The notes under the pieces were generated by a model that worked only from the letters and a program-made list of their open reading frames with translations, did no database searches and was not told where the DNA came from. Of a stretch of 59,710 nt of DNA, positions 7,966 through 16,775 are shown piece after piece. Source of the DNA: a virus (taxonomy: Duplodnaviria > Caudoviricetes). How positions within the stretch are numbered: the first letter of the stretch is position 1; every line of letters starts with the position of its first letter. Where the stretch lies: IMG/VR virus record IMGVR_UViG_3300022917_000001, positions 1-59,710 of that record. One strand, written 5' to 3'. The translations under genes and the position numbers were made by a program.

Positions 7966-9257
7966 GGGGTCCCACCGCCGGCGGGGACCTCGGACAGCGG
8001 GCCGTAGGCGTCGGCGAGCAGTTCCTTCCAGGGCAGGCCGTGCCAGATCTCGGGTGACTCGTCCGGGCTCTTGACCCAGCACCACCGTCCGTCGGTGTTG
8101 CGGCGGGCGAACGGGAACGCACGGTGGCCGTCGTCTGTGTCGCGGAGGAGGTCGACGCCTTCGGGCTCGTCGTCTCCTTCCCGCCACACGCGGGGTGCTG
8201 GGGTGTCCTCGGCCAGCACGGTGACCACGTAGTCCGCTTCGGCGTCGGAGATGCGCCAGTCGCCAGCGAACGCGTCGGCATAGATCAGCACCTGCTCGCG
8301 AGTCGGCACGCCGTCGATGTCGCGGGCGAGGGTGTCGGCGTAGCGGCGAAGGAACGCGGTGTCGAGCGCGGGTGCTGGGGTGTCCGCCGGGGTGTCCTCG
8401 GAGGACGGGGCGAACTCGTCCATCTCCTCGGTCAGCTTGAGCAGGTGGTAGGCGAACTGGCGGATCTGCTCGCGGGTGGTGGACCGGCTGGAGAAGCCGT
8501 TGCGCAGGTCGTGGTCGGACAGATGCACCGACACGTAGGGCAACCCGTCGCGGTCCTGGACGACGTTGAGGCGGCAGCCGAAGCTGATGTCCCATCCGGC
8601 GGCGACCTCGGTCTTGGCGCCGTCCTCGTCGTACTCGTAGCCGAAGTCGGGGTCGGCGTGGACCGGGCGGCGCGGGGTCTGGTCTCCCTCGGTGGTGGTC
8701 GGGGCGGGGGTCTCGGCCAGCACGGCGTCCTTCCCGGCGGTGTTGGCGAGGTCGTCGATCTCCTGCACCACGTCGGAGTCCAGGCCGCTGCACTTCATCG
8801 CGGGCTTGGACACCAGCGAGGAGATGTCCCAGAGCCGGTCGGACAGGAGTTCGGCGTAGGCCTTCCACGCGGCGTCGCGGGCGCGGAGCTGCTCGGCGCG
8901 GGCGATGAGGTCGTCGAGCTGCATGGTCTTCAGGTCCAGCCCGAGGACGTCGGCGAGACGGCGGGCGGTGCGGCCGAGCAGCCTGTCGGAGTCCTCGACG
9001 GAGGCGCGGAGGCGGGTGATCTCCTCGCTCGGCTCGGCGATCCAGCCCTGTTCGATCGCCATGCCCAGCGCTTCCTCGGCGTGGCCGAACGTCCACATCA
9101 GCGAGTCGCGCCGGTAGTCGTCCCGCGACGCGCACGAGTCGGGGTAGGCGCGGCAGTTGCAGAGGCTCTCGTGCAGCCGATCGGTCATGGCGTGCAGCAC
9201 GCGGGTGACCGCCGGGTTGGGGGTCTCGTCAGCCACGGCGGGGGTCTGCTCGGTCAT
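7962..9257 (-). CDS. Mosaic hypothetical protein (431 aa)
   Basis: Coupled starts, coiled coil, C-terminal W..LL...GPLSE module. Confidence 0.75.
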   Translation of the reverse strand: MTEQTPAVADETPNPAVTRVLHAMTDRLHESLCNCRAYPDSCASRDDYRRDSLMWTFGHAEEALGMAIEQGWIAEPSEEITRLRASVEDSDRLLGRTARRLADVLGLDLKTMQLDDLIARAEQLRARDAAWKAYAELLSDRLWDISSLVSKPAMKCSGLDSDVVQEIDDLANTAGKDAVLAETPAPTTTEGDQTPRRPVHADPDFGYEYDEDGAKTEVAAGWDISFGCRLNVVQDRDGLPYVSVHLSDHDLRNGFSSRSTTREQIRQFAYHLLKLTEEMDEFAPSSEDTPADTPAPALDTAFLRRYADTLARDIDGVPTREQVLIYADAFAGDWRISDAEADYVVTVLAEDTPAPRVWREGDDEPEGVDLLRDTDDGHRAFPFARRNTDGRWCWVKSPDESPEIWHGLPWKELLADAYGPLSEVPAGGGTP

Positions 9258-9409
9258 CGCGTGTCCTTTGGGGCGGGGGGCATGGGCAGGTCGAGGTGTC
9301 CCTTTGCCCAAGCGGGCAGGACCTTGGGGGTGGGGTGGGTGGTCTCCGGGACCGGGACCGCGATGGGGGCGAGTCCGGCGGCTTCACGGAGGGCGTGGAG
9401 GGTGCTCAC
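9254..9409 (-). CDS. Hypothetical protein (51 aa)
   Basis: GTGA/ATGA coupling on both sides. Confidence 0.55.
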   Translation of the reverse strand: MSTLHALREAAGLAPIAVPVPETTHPTPKVLPAWAKGHLDLPMPPAPKDTR

Positions 9410-9699
9410 TGCGGGCCTTTCGGGGTGTCGGTGAGCGGGCGGGCGACGTCGGCGCGGGCGGCGGCGATGGTGGCGTGCGCTCGTCGGAAGGAGGCGATGA
9501 CGCGGATGACGGCCAGTACGCCGAGGACGGCGAGGGCGCCGATGCAGAGGACGATGAGGGCGACGCTGGGGGCGATGGCCCAGCCGGTGACGGGGTCGAG
9601 GGTGGCGTCGGCGGTGGCGGGCCAGGCGCAGGCGACGAGGAGGGTGAGGGCGGTACCGCACACTGCGGCGGCAGCGATCGCGACCTTCCAGGGGCTCAT
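9406..9699 (-). CDS. Small membrane protein (2 TM)
   Basis: Two hydrophobic helices. Confidence 0.7.
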   Translation of the reverse strand: MSPWKVAIAAAAVCGTALTLLVACAWPATADATLDPVTGWAIAPSVALIVLCIGALAVLGVLAVIRVIASFRRAHATIAAARADVARPLTDTPKGPQ

Positions 9700-9863
9700 C
9701 GGGTGCCTGCTTTCTTGGTGGCGGTTTCCCAGGCGAAGTACTTCTGCGGCCCGTACTTTTCGAGGAGCGCGGCCCCGTACTTGTCGGCGAGGTCTTGGGC
9801 GGTTCGGGCTTGCTCGCGGGCGAAGGCCTGCTGTTTCTGCTGGAGGGCTTCGTCGGCGGTCAT
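9696..9863 (-). CDS. Hypothetical protein (55 aa)
   Basis: MTADEALQQKQQ..; ATGA coupling. Confidence 0.6.
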   Translation of the reverse strand: MTADEALQQKQQAFAREQARTAQDLADKYGAALLEKYGPQKYFAWETATKKAGTR

Positions 9864-10096
9864 CGGTCGGCCCTCAGCGGCTCTGTGCGGTCCTGGGCGG
9901 GTCCAGTGGTCGTCGGGTCTACGGTGAGCAGCCACAGGAGCTCCACGCCCAACACGGCCGCGTACCGGACCACGTTGTGGGCACCCAGTTCGTCCTGGCT
10001 CATCCCGGCAGCGGTGCGGGCTTCCGCGATGCGCTGCCCGAGGGCGACGTAGAAGTCCGCGACCGCGATCGTCGACTGCTCGACGGAGGCGGTCAT
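9860..10096 (-). pseudogene. XRE HTH protein apparently lacking its recognition helix
   Basis: LGQRIAEARTAAGMSQDELG joined directly to HNVVRYAAVLGV. Confidence 0.5.
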
Positions 10097-10287
10097 CGGG
10101 TGACCTCGCGTACTCCGCCGTCCACAGTCGTCTGCCACGCGCTGTCCGGCGCGAACCGCCAACCATCCGCGCCGATCCGGTCCGCTCGTCGACCGGGTCG
10201 CTTCGGACCAGGTGCCTTCCCAGCGGCCATCGGACACGACCGTCGCTGACCGGTTCGACAAGTCCACGGACACCGTGCCGTGGGCGG

Positions 10288-10608
10288 TCACGACTCCGCG
10301 TCCTTCGCGGCACGCCGGGCGATGTCCCGCTCCCGCGCCTCCGCCGTCTCAGCGGCCGACTCCGCCCTGTTCTCACTGGCGATCTCTGCAACCACGAGAG
10401 CCCGCCACAGCAAACCGAGTGACGGCACCAGCAACCGGGCCTCGCGGTACAGGTCGACGAGCGCGGCTTCGGCGACGGCAAGGTCTCGGAAATACGCGGC
10501 CCGCACCTCAAGCGACCTCGGCTCCGGGACGCCGCGGTTGACCACGGCCTGCTTGGCCTCGTACGCCGCGGCGAACCGGTTTTCGAGGTCGTCGGGGATG
10601 AGGTTCAT
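10288..10608 (-). CDS. Hypothetical helical protein (106 aa)
   Basis: Coupled, typical codon usage. Confidence 0.7.
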   Translation of the reverse strand: MNLIPDDLENRFAAAYEAKQAVVNRGVPEPRSLEVRAAYFRDLAVAEAALVDLYREARLLVPSLGLLWRALVVAEIASENRAESAAETAEARERDIARRAAKDAES

Positions 10609-10769
10609 CGGGTCACGCGTCCGGTGCGGACGTTGGACACGACCTCGGCGGCGAGGGTGCGGGCCGTGGCCAGGGCGGTCTTCCGGTCGACGGCCAGCAG
10701 GGTCAGGCGGGTGTCCAGGACCGGGGTGGTGTCACCTGTGTCGAGGAGGGTGCGGTTGGTGTGGTGCAT
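10605..10769 (-). CDS. Hypothetical protein (54 aa)
   Basis: GGGAG RBS; first gene after the 10804 promoter. Confidence 0.55.
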   Translation of the reverse strand: MHHTNRTLLDTGDTTPVLDTRLTLLAVDRKTALATARTLAAEVVSNVRTGRVTR

Positions 10770-10803
10770 GGGTGGCTCCCGGAGTTCGGGGGTGACGTTC
10801 GCG

Positions 10804-10853
10804 TGGTTGTCACTGTACTGCCACTGCTTGTCACTGACAAGGCTTCAGTGACA
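10804..10853 (-). promoter_or_regulatory. Early promoter with three TGTCACTG operator boxes
   Basis: Minus strand TTGTCA-N17-TACAGT; near-copy of 18507-18556. Confidence 0.8.
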
Positions 10854-10929
10854 AATATCGGGCAGGCGACGGCCCCTTCTCGAACCACCAAACGAAGCCC
10901 CGCTACGCCCAGAGGTCACATAACAGGGC

Positions 10930-12270
10930 TCACATCGCTTCGAGATGCCTCACGGCCGCGTTGTCGATCCGCGAGTAGTGCCCACGCCACCGCAACGTCA
11001 CCGACCGCGTCGGCCCCTGCCGCTGCTTCGCCACGATCGCCTCGATATCCATCGGCGCCTCAGGTGTCCGATGCAGCAGGATCACCGTGTCCGCGTCCGC
11101 CTCGATCGACCCCGACTCCCGCAGGTCCGACATCGTCGGCTTCTTGTCCGCTCGCTGCTCCGACCCGCGGTTCACCTGGGAGATCGCCACCACCGGCACC
11201 TCCAGCTCCTTCGCCAGCAGCTTCAGGCCTCGAGTGAACGTGCCGATCTCCAGGTCCCGACGCTCGGACTTCCCGCCACCCGAGCCCAGTAGCTGCACGT
11301 AGTCGACGACCACGAGCGACAGACCGGCCTCAGTACGGGTGATGTCACGAGCCTTGGCGCGGATCGACGTCAGCGTCTGGTGCGGCCGCGGGTCGATGTG
11401 CAGCGGCCATTCCGACGCCCGCTCCTGGACCTCGGTGGCGCGGCGCCAGTCGTCCTGCGTCAGCTGGTGCTGCACCAGGCGGGTCAGTTCCACGCTGCCT
11501 TCGGCGGCGACCAGGCGGCGCATGCAGTCGCCGCGCGACATCTCCAGCGACGCGAACAGCGCGCCGCGGCCCATCTTCGCGGTGTGGATCGCCGTGCCGA
11601 GGCCCATCACGGACTTGCCGATGCCGGGGCGGGCGCCGATGACGACGAGCTGCCCGGCGTAGAGGCCGCCGGAGAGGACGTCGTCGAGGTCGTGCAGCCC
11701 GGTCGGCAGGGATGGTGGGGCGGGGCTGTCCAGTTCGTCGAGCAGACCGGCCAGCGCGCTGCCGAGGTCGAGGTCGTCGGTGGTCGACCGGCCCTCGTGG
11801 GCGACCTGGTCGATGGCTTGGCGGGCGTTCTCGATGACGTGGTCGATGTCCGCGCCACCGCCGGTGCGGCCGAGTTGGACGATGTGCTGCCCAGCCTCAA
11901 GCATTCTGCGGCGCTTGTAGTGCGTGAGCACGATGTCGGCGTAGTGGGTTGCCGCAGTGAAGGAAGGGCACGCCGCGAGCAGGGTGTGCAGGTACGGGAG
12001 CCCGCCGACCTTGGCCAGCAGGCCGAGGCGGTCGAGTTCGTTGTGCATCGTGACGATGTCGACCGGGTGGCCGGCGATGGTCAGGTCGATCGCGGTGGCG
12101 AAGATCTGCCCGTGGACGGGCTTGTAGAAGTGGTTGGCGGCCAGCATCTCGCCGACGTCCTCGCGGGCCGCTGGGGAACTGATGACCGCCCCCAGTACCG
12201 CCTGCTCCGCGCGCGGGTCGTGGGGTGGCATGTCGTCCTCGTAGGGGGACGGGTCGTGCTCGTGGTTCAC
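10930..12270 (-). CDS. dnaB: Replicative DNA helicase
   Basis: AEQAVLG N-domain, GARPGIGKS Walker A, VVVDYVQL, SQVNR, DLRESGSIEADAD. Confidence 0.97.
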   Translation of the reverse strand: MNHEHDPSPYEDDMPPHDPRAEQAVLGAVISSPAAREDVGEMLAANHFYKPVHGQIFATAIDLTIAGHPVDIVTMHNELDRLGLLAKVGGLPYLHTLLAACPSFTAATHYADIVLTHYKRRRMLEAGQHIVQLGRTGGGADIDHVIENARQAIDQVAHEGRSTTDDLDLGSALAGLLDELDSPAPPSLPTGLHDLDDVLSGGLYAGQLVVIGARPGIGKSVMGLGTAIHTAKMGRGALFASLEMSRGDCMRRLVAAEGSVELTRLVQHQLTQDDWRRATEVQERASEWPLHIDPRPHQTLTSIRAKARDITRTEAGLSLVVVDYVQLLGSGGGKSERRDLEIGTFTRGLKLLAKELEVPVVAISQVNRGSEQRADKKPTMSDLRESGSIEADADTVILLHRTPEAPMDIEAIVAKQRQGPTRSVTLRWRGHYSRIDNAAVRHLEAM

Positions 12271-13505
12271 GCGCTGCTCCGGTTCTGGTTCTGGCGGCGG
12301 ATCAGCGCACGGCGCGCTTCGACGACACGGGCGGCACGGTGCTCGGTGACTTGGTCGTCCATCCATGTGCGGAGGCCCGCGTCGGGGCCGTCTTCGATGT
12401 CGCGCGGCGGGACGGGCGGGGTCCAGTAGTCGGTGCCGAGGATGGCGTCGGGGTCGATGTCGTCGTCGGGGATCTGCTCGACGGGGATGGTCGGCTTGCC
12501 GTTGATGATTGAGGTCTTGGTGGCACCGGGGCGCTGGCTGTGGACGTGGTCGTCGACGAGGTGGGGGAGGAGTCCGGGTTTGGCGTCGGCGCGGCGGTCC
12601 CATTCGGCGAGGGCGGCGCGGATGGTGTCGGCGGTGTGGCCGTCGCGCAGGAGGGTGGCGACGTGCTTGCCGATGGCGGTGTAGGTGCCGCCGCTGTAGC
12701 GCGGGTCGTGGCTGTTGCGCCAGGCCCGCAGGATGGTGTCGGTGGTGGGGTCGACGGCGGTGTCGGCGAGTTCGCGGGCGGTTGGCCGTCTAGTGCTGCT
12801 TGCTGGCTGCTTAACCACGCTGGAACTAGAGATAACCCCTTCCCCTACCCCCTCCCCCTCCCCAGGGGGTTCGACGAAGGGTTCCCGGAACCCTTCGCGG
12901 AAGGGTTCCGGGAAGGGTTCCGGGAAGGGTTCGGCCGTGGTGGTTGACGTGGGGTTTTCCGGTGGGCGGAATTGATCACTGTCGGAAGGGTTCGGCGAAG
13001 GGTTCCGGGAAGGGTTCGGCGAACCCTTCGCATTCGGGTGAAACAGCAGGTCAGCGACCTTGAGAACACCCTCCCGGTTCGTCTCCTCGTCACGGCGGTC
13101 CGTCGGGATGAAGTCGATCAACTTCCGTAGCTCCTCGGCGAGGATTTCCCGCAGCTTCCGCGACTGCACCTGGCGCGCGGAGTTGAGCGCGTTCTTCAGG
13201 ACGTTCGGCTGCCGGACGATGCCGTCGTTGCGGATGAACGACCGCACCAGCAGTTCCTCGGTGTCGTCGTCGACGGCGACGAACCGGGCCGCGTCCAGCT
13301 CGCGCAGCGCCTTGTCGACGCTGGCGGTGGTGCTGTCGGCGGCGAGCCGCGCCCACCGGCGCGGGCGGAGGTCGAGGACCCCGGCGCGGTTGATGTGCTC
13401 TTGGGAGAGCAACAGGACGTAGAACCGCTGCGCGGCCTCGGTGAGCGTGGTGAAGTCGTCGTCCGCCCAGATGCGGATGAGGACTCGCGCGTGGTCCCGC
13501 GGCAT
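12267..13505 (-). CDS. Replication initiator (lambda O-like organisation)
   Basis: N-terminal IWADDDF/wHTH-like domain, internal iterons, coupled to dnaB. Confidence 0.8.
   Translation of the reverse strand: MPRDHARVLIRIWADDDFTTLTEAAQRFYVLLLSQEHINRAGVLDLRPRRWARLAADSTTASVDKALRELDAARFVAVDDDTEELLVRSFIRNDGIVRQPNVLKNALNSARQVQSRKLREILAEELRKLIDFIPTDRRDEETNREGVLKVADLLFHPNAKGSPNPSRNPSPNPSDSDQFRPPENPTSTTTAEPFPEPFPEPFREGFREPFVEPPGEGEGVGEGVISSSSVVKQPASSTRRPTARELADTAVDPTTDTILRAWRNSHDPRYSGGTYTAIGKHVATLLRDGHTADTIRAALAEWDRRADAKPGLLPHLVDDHVHSQRPGATKTSIINGKPTIPVEQIPDDDIDPDAILGTDYWTPPVPPRDIEDGPDAGLRTWMDDQVTEHRAARVVEARRALIRRQNQNRSSA
12864..13029. repeat. Iterons / probable replication origin
   Basis: GAAGGGTTC at 12876,12900,12912,12924,12985,12997,13009; inverted at 12888,13021; 12-bp period. 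Confidence 0.85.
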
Positions 13506-13532
13506 GTGGTGCTCCCTCGTGGTGACGGTGGC

Positions 13533-13718
13533 CTAGGGCCGATCGCGGGTGATGTCCCAGCGGCGGAGAATCGCGCTGAGTTCGTCGGCGACGTGGTCGA
13601 GTTCGTAGGCGATGTCGGGGTGGTGGTCGGGTGCTTCGGTTTTGAGGCGGGCGATGTAGTCGACGAGTTCGGCGCGGGCCGCGTGGGCGTCGAGCGCGCC
13701 TGCTTGGGGCGCGGTCAT
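13533..13718 (-). CDS. Hypothetical protein (61 aa)
   Basis: ATGA coupling. Confidence 0.6.
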   Translation of the reverse strand: MTAPQAGALDAHAARAELVDYIARLKTEAPDHHPDIAYELDHVADELSAILRRWDITRDRP

Positions 13719-14035
13719 TGCGGCACCCCCGCGGGGTGCGGGGAGGGGGCCCATTCGCGGAGGAGGACTCCGGCGAGGCGTTGTTCGTGGCGGCTGCCGC
13801 CGTGGTGGAGCGGCAAGGTGCACGTGGCGCGCAGCTCATCGGGGTTGCGGTCGCCGCAGGTCTTGATCCGCTGGGTGTGCCTGCCGACCTGGAGGGCGTG
13901 GAGTTCGTCGGTGCGGCCTTCCCAGCCGCGGTGTGGGGTGAGGCTGTGGCGGCCGGTGGCGGGTGCGAGGACAGTGCACCGGAGGACGAACCACGCTGCC
14001 GAGCCTGCGGCCAGGAGGATCACGAGGACGCTCAC
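13715..14035 (-). CDS. Hypothetical protein with N-terminal TM
   Basis: Hydrophobic N-terminus, C..C...H..H motif. Confidence 0.6.
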   Translation of the reverse strand: MSVLVILLAAGSAAWFVLRCTVLAPATGRHSLTPHRGWEGRTDELHALQVGRHTQRIKTCGDRNPDELRATCTLPLHHGGSRHEQRLAGVLLREWAPSPHPAGVPQ

Positions 14036-14619
14036 GGCGCACCGCCGGGGGCCTTCTTCGCCGGGGTGTACGGCAGCCCTTCATCTTCGGCCCGTAGCCG
14101 CGCAAGCGCTTCGGGGTCACGCGCGATGGCGAGGGTGTACGCCCGACGGCACCGGGTGCCCTTGACGGTGTGGTACCGCTGCACCGCCGGGCCGTCCGGG
14201 GTTTGCACGGTCACCTCGGCGCGCCGCCACCCCAGCCGCTTCTGGCAGACGCAGCACTGCTCGTCCATCGCGAGCCGGTGCATCAGCGTCTCCGAGTCGA
14301 GCACCTGCTCCTCGCAGGGCGTCAACTGCCCGCACTTGGCGCACACGTTGTAGTGCTCGCCGAGCAGGCCGAACCGGTGCTTGCCCGTCACGTGGTAGTG
14401 GGCTTCGCCTCTGCCGTTGAGGTCCGTGATGGTCAGGTAGGAGGGCTTGAGTGGGGCGCTGCGCTCGTCGTTGGTCCAGTCGACCTCGGGTACCGGCCGG
14501 ACCTCGACCACGAGCTTCGGCACGCAGATTTCCGCGTAGCTGATGCGGCGGATGCACCAGGAGATGGCCGTGCCGGGCTGGAGGTCTTCGACGGCGGCCG
14601 ACTTCATCTGGACCCTCAT
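14032..14619 (-). CDS. Zn-finger hypothetical protein (195 aa)
   Basis: CAKC..PC, CCVC; coupled. Confidence 0.7.
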   Translation of the reverse strand: MRVQMKSAAVEDLQPGTAISWCIRRISYAEICVPKLVVEVRPVPEVDWTNDERSAPLKPSYLTITDLNGRGEAHYHVTGKHRFGLLGEHYNVCAKCGQLTPCEEQVLDSETLMHRLAMDEQCCVCQKRLGWRRAEVTVQTPDGPAVQRYHTVKGTRCRRAYTLAIARDPEALARLRAEDEGLPYTPAKKAPGGAP

Positions 14620-15140
14620 GCCGCACCCGCTGTCTTCGTCACCGCGCGGAGCAGCGCGGCCAGTCGTGACCGGTCCATCAGCAGCGGCTCGCGCTTGACG
14701 GCCTGCCGGACGACGACGAGCCGCCCGGCCCGGACCGCCATCAGGCCCCAGCCGTCCGGGAGTTCGCCGGGTTTCACGTACGTCTCGTCGGAGACGACGA
14801 GCCACCAGTAGTCCATGTACGGCACGAACTCGGCGGCCTTCTCCGGGTGCTTCAGCTCGGTCAGCCAGTCCGACCGCGACACCTTGACCTCGTGGCCGTG
14901 GAGCGCGCAGCCCTTCGAGGGCCACAGGTCCATCGCGACGAAGTCGGCGGTGCGCCGGGCATCGAACCCGGCGTGCGACCGGACGTGCCGGGCGACCGCG
15001 TACCGGAAGCCGTTGCCGTACTGCTGGTCGTACCGCTTGGTCAGCAGGTCGAGCATGTCGCCCTCGCGCAGCGAGCGAACAGCGAGTTGAGCGCGGGTCG
15101 GCGGCTGGGGGAACAGCGGCTGCTCGGCGGGTGCGCTCAT
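14616..15140 (-). CDS. PD-(D/E)XK nuclease, MmcB-like
   Basis: RTADFVAMDLWPS..HEVKVSRSDWLTEL. Confidence 0.8.
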   Translation of the reverse strand: MSAPAEQPLFPQPPTRAQLAVRSLREGDMLDLLTKRYDQQYGNGFRYAVARHVRSHAGFDARRTADFVAMDLWPSKGCALHGHEVKVSRSDWLTELKHPEKAAEFVPYMDYWWLVVSDETYVKPGELPDGWGLMAVRAGRLVVVRQAVKREPLLMDRSRLAALLRAVTKTAGAA

Positions 15141-15511
15141 CAGCCGAACACCTCATCCCGGAAGGCACGGGCGACCGCGCGCGACGTCGACACGATCTGC
15201 GGCACCGGCGGATGCACGATCGTCCGCGCCCAATCCGACCGGTCGAACCACCACAACGCCGCCGCGATCGACGCCAACGCCCGCCGGTCAGCCCAAAACT
15301 CCGACTGCCACCGGCGCCGGTCAGCCGCCGCACGCACCCGCCAACCAGGAGACGCGGCCTCGCTGCTGATGCACAGCACACAGGTCGGGCACTCCGGGCA
15401 GCACGGCGAACAGTCCGCGATGTCGCAGCACCAGCCGAGTCCGCCCGGCGTGTGCGCCGCGCAGCACACCCGAACCTGCCGGTGCTGCGGAACCGCCACC
15501 ACCCCGGTCAC
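15140..15511 (-). CDS. Cys-rich hypothetical protein
   Basis: CCDIADCSPCCPECPTCVLC. Confidence 0.6.
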   Translation of the reverse strand: MTGVVAVPQHRQVRVCCAAHTPGGLGWCCDIADCSPCCPECPTCVLCISSEAASPGWRVRAAADRRRWQSEFWADRRALASIAAALWWFDRSDWARTIVHPPVPQIVSTSRAVARAFRDEVFG

Positions 15512-16518
15512 GACGCGTCCGCCGTCGGCTTCGCGACCAGCTTCAGTGTGGTCTTCGTGGTCGTCGTCATCGGCGGCTTCGCACCGGTCTTCGCGTACTC
15601 CGCCTTCACCGCCTTGCTGTCCAGCCGGTGCTCGTCGGACACCGTCCACTGGAGACACCGGTCGTCCAGGCCAACGTCCACAGGGTCGGACCGTCCGGTG
15701 AGGTTGGGGCGGATCGCGTCGAGCGCGCCCTTCGCCTGCTCCTCCAGCTTCTTCGCGTCGGCGATCACCTCGCGAGCCACCCGCAGCTGGTTGGCCCACT
15801 TCAGCGCATCGCCGTCCTCAACGAGCAGCACCGACCGCAGATCCCGATCCGGGACCGCACCGTCCCAGCACGTCGTGAAGAACGGGCAGTGCTTGCAGAA
15901 CCCCGACTCCGGGGCGTAGTCCCGGTTCAGCATTTCCAACGGCAGCGACCGGACGTTCTCCAGCCACGCCAACGCGTCCCGCACGTGCATTGGGTCGAAC
16001 GGCACGACGACCTGGTGGTCGCGGCCGGTGTCGCGGGCGAGGTAGTCGATGACGATGCGCCGCACCTTCCGCCCGCCCTGGATCAGCGCGGCGGCGTACA
16101 AGTGGGTCTGCCACAGGTGCGCCCGGTCCGCGCCGTGCAGCACGATGTGGTCCAACCAGAACTGGCTGGTGGTCTTCGTGTCGCGGACCGTGAAGGTGGC
16201 GGCCTCGTACCGGTCGAGGTGTCCGAGGACCCCGGCGAACTTCACCTCGTGCTCGACGAGGTCGTCGGCGGGGATGAGCCCGGCGGCCTGCATCTCGTGG
16301 AACACGTTCTCGACGGCGGCGTGGATCGCTGTGCCCATGACGGCCTGGACGCTGCCGCCCTGGTTGGTGGGCGGGGTTCCGGCGAGCCGGTAGCCGACGC
16401 GGCGCTTGCACCCGCCGACCTCGGACATGCCCAGTTCGGTCTGCTTCGAACGAGCTCGGCGCCGGTCCCACTCCAGGAGGAGTTGCGCAGTGGTGAGTTC
16501 AGCCTCGGTGGTGGTCAT
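15508..16518 (-). CDS. Cas4-like/RecE-type PD-(D/E)XK exonuclease
   Basis: SEVGGCKR, GTAIH, GHLD, DTKT, QTHLY, CKHCPFFTTC. Confidence 0.88.
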   Translation of the reverse strand: MTTTEAELTTAQLLLEWDRRRARSKQTELGMSEVGGCKRRVGYRLAGTPPTNQGGSVQAVMGTAIHAAVENVFHEMQAAGLIPADDLVEHEVKFAGVLGHLDRYEAATFTVRDTKTTSQFWLDHIVLHGADRAHLWQTHLYAAALIQGGRKVRRIVIDYLARDTGRDHQVVVPFDPMHVRDALAWLENVRSLPLEMLNRDYAPESGFCKHCPFFTTCWDGAVPDRDLRSVLLVEDGDALKWANQLRVAREVIADAKKLEEQAKGALDAIRPNLTGRSDPVDVGLDDRCLQWTVSDEHRLDSKAVKAEYAKTGAKPPMTTTTKTTLKLVAKPTADAS

Positions 16519-16775
16519 CGCTGGCCGCCTTCCTGCGTGGCGGTGTTCCAGCCGATCGCCTTGCCCCAATCGGTGATGCGGTCGCTGTCGCCGCACATCG
16601 CGAGCAGTGCCGGCGTCACGGCTGCCGCCGCGAGGGCAAGCGTGGCGTGGACCTGGGCGCGCGCGGTGATCTCGTTGGTGGCCTCGACCGACAGACGGAC
16701 GCCGTCCTGGAGTGCGCCGTCCTCGACGTACTCCATGAGCCGCGCGGCTTCGACGTAGTGCTCGTGCCCGTTCAC
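16515..16775 (-). CDS. Hypothetical protein (86 aa)
   Basis: EHYVEAARL..AQVHATLALAAA. Confidence 0.7.
   Translation of the reverse strand: MNGHEHYVEAARLMEYVEDGALQDGVRLSVEATNEITARAQVHATLALAAAAVTPALLAMCGDSDRITDWGKAIGWNTATQEGGQR

Noticed and set aside
15508-16518. Cas4-like gene as part of CRISPR-Cas
   Set aside because: No cas1/cas2 or repeat-spacer array; it sits by recT as a recombination exonuclease.
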